From Coniocarpon cinnabarinum (Eukaryota): DNA of 64,000 nucleotides. The stretch lies in NCBI GenBank assembly GCA_051942205.1, contig JAVECO010000134.1:1-64000 (forward strand), read 5' to 3'. The position numbers were made by a program, and so were the translations under genes. The notes below the pieces were generated by a model that was not told where the DNA came from, searched no databases, and saw only the letters and a list, made by a program, of their open reading frames with translations. This document shows, piece after piece, positions 62,683-64,000 of the stretch. The number at the start of each line of letters is the position of its first letter. Positions within the stretch are counted from its first letter, which is position 1.

Positions 62683-63234
62683 GTCATCACATGCTTTCAC
62701 TCCTCGTCTCTGAAGGCAGCAGCAGCTATAGCGCTCTTCTCTCGAACTGTTGCTTATATTTGATTATCTAGCTTCAATGATACTACTGCATCTCCTGCGA
62801 ACGGGGTAAGTACACAACAAGAAGCGACATGACTCGGAACACTTGAAAATCAAGCAGTACGCCACAAACAACATCGGTTTTTCAGAGAGTGCATCCCAAC
62901 ATTGCATCGGATTCGACCGGATATTTTGGGACCTCACCAAAGCTTGTATGAGTAAGAAATGCCGCTTTTGGAGAACGACTCAGCTTCGCAAATTTTTCGC
63001 ACTCATGTCCTTGGCTGTTTTCAGGCAAAACCAAAAACAATATCTCAAATCTACCGAAAGGTCGTTGTGAGACCGAAGATCGTTGTGAGGTCTCGCCTGG
63101 TAGCGCATTGACCTGGGGTGTTCTTATGACCATCTAGGTCCTTAAAGCTAACTGGCAGCACCACATGTTTCAAACAATGCATTCCTCACTATGACAGCTC
63201 ATATTTCTCCGAGTAGCAAATGCCTCCGAGCTTC

Positions 63235-64000
63235 ATGGCCTGTATCCTCATGATTCTCCCTCATGAACTCATTCTCAGGATCCTTAGCTACCTTAGCACG
63301 GACAGCCTCCTTACGTTTCTCCGGTTAAGCCTCAGCTGTCACTCGATCGCACGTCCTCTGATCTTCGCTGATCTCAATCTCACCACCCTCACACTTCCTC
63401 GCTGTCCCTTCGCAACGCCCGTTGCGAACCGCACTCATGAGCAAGTCAGCCGCGTTCGAAAATGCCTCTCGCAGCTCAAGTCTCTTAATATTACTCTCAG
63501 CAACCCCACACAGATATTCACGACCCTCACGCGCGCTCCGTTCATTTGTCTGAATCGCAGCGAGCAAACCTACTTTGGCTTGCAGTTCCTGAATAAGACC
63601 ACGGACTTTGCTATCCACAACCTGAGCCAAACGCTTGAACATCATTCCTGCGACCTGGACAAGCTCACGCACCTGTCCCTCTCCATTCCCAGTAATCTCA
63701 CCACTCGCTCCAACGGCGTTTCACGTGCCCATAGTCCATTTCCACGAATCGACCAAGCTTCCGTCCTCTCCTTCCTGCATGCGGTCGGCTGCTGCCAGAA
63801 TTTACAAAGTCTTAAACTGGATACGAACACAGCTGAAGAAACGACATGGACGGTTGACTCCGGAACAACGAGCTGCGAGGTTCATACATGCGCGGTCTTC
63901 GCCCGTGCCGTACGCAGCTTACACCGTTTACGCAAGATACACTGGAGGCGTCGAGAGATCTGTCCATCCCTTTTCGAAGCATTGCGCGAGAGTGAAGATG
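63235..64000 (+). CDS. F-box / LRR-like protein, truncated by the window end
   Basis: MACILMILPHELILRILSYLSTDSLLTFLRLSLSCHSIARPLIF. The frame stays open to 64000 with LKSLNI/LTHLSL/LQSLKL repeats. Absent from the ORF track because no stop is reached. Confidence 0.75.
   Translation, partial: MACILMILPHELILRILSYLSTDSLLTFLRLSLSCHSIARPLIFADLNLTTLTLPRCPFATPVANRTHEQVSRVRKCLSQLKSLNITLSNPTQIFTTLTRAPFICLNRSEQTYFGLQFLNKTTDFAIHNLSQTLEHHSCDLDKLTHLSLSIPSNLTTRSNGVSRAHSPFPRIDQASVLSFLHAVGCCQNLQSLKLDTNTAEETTWTVDSGTTSCEVHTCAVFARAVRSLHRLRKIHWRRREICPSLFEALRESED

Overview
Eukaryotic DNA from a filamentous ascomycete (Pezizomycotina-type short GT-AG introns with CTRAC/CTAAC branch points; RIP signature). The left end (1-~570) is a TpA-rich, RIP-degraded relic that grades into normal sequence. 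About 25 intron-containing genes follow. Conserved core genes: chromo+HDA2/3-like protein, Ubc13, WDR59/Sea3(Mtc5)-like, dienelactone hydrolase, Trm44, CAF-1 large subunit head-to-head with Spo11, class-3 lipase, Rpl24 and CFIm25. Accessory-type genes: BTB, AIG2/GGCT-like plus amidoligase, two PTH11-like receptors, Zn-finger APH kinase, FAD oxidase, F-box/LRR genes and a HeLo-like+ankyrin protein. Most notable: (i) an array of three highly diverged small paralogues (53.3-56.1 kb) sharing one intron position, two of them preceded by a ~280-bp non-coding block that is far more conserved than the coding sequence; (ii) a divergently transcribed GGCT-like/amidoligase pair that mirrors a known prokaryotic gene neighbourhood; (iii) two tandem C3H Zn-finger microprotein genes completed only by splicing. 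All gene models were read by eye. Family calls rest on motif recognition, not on database searches.
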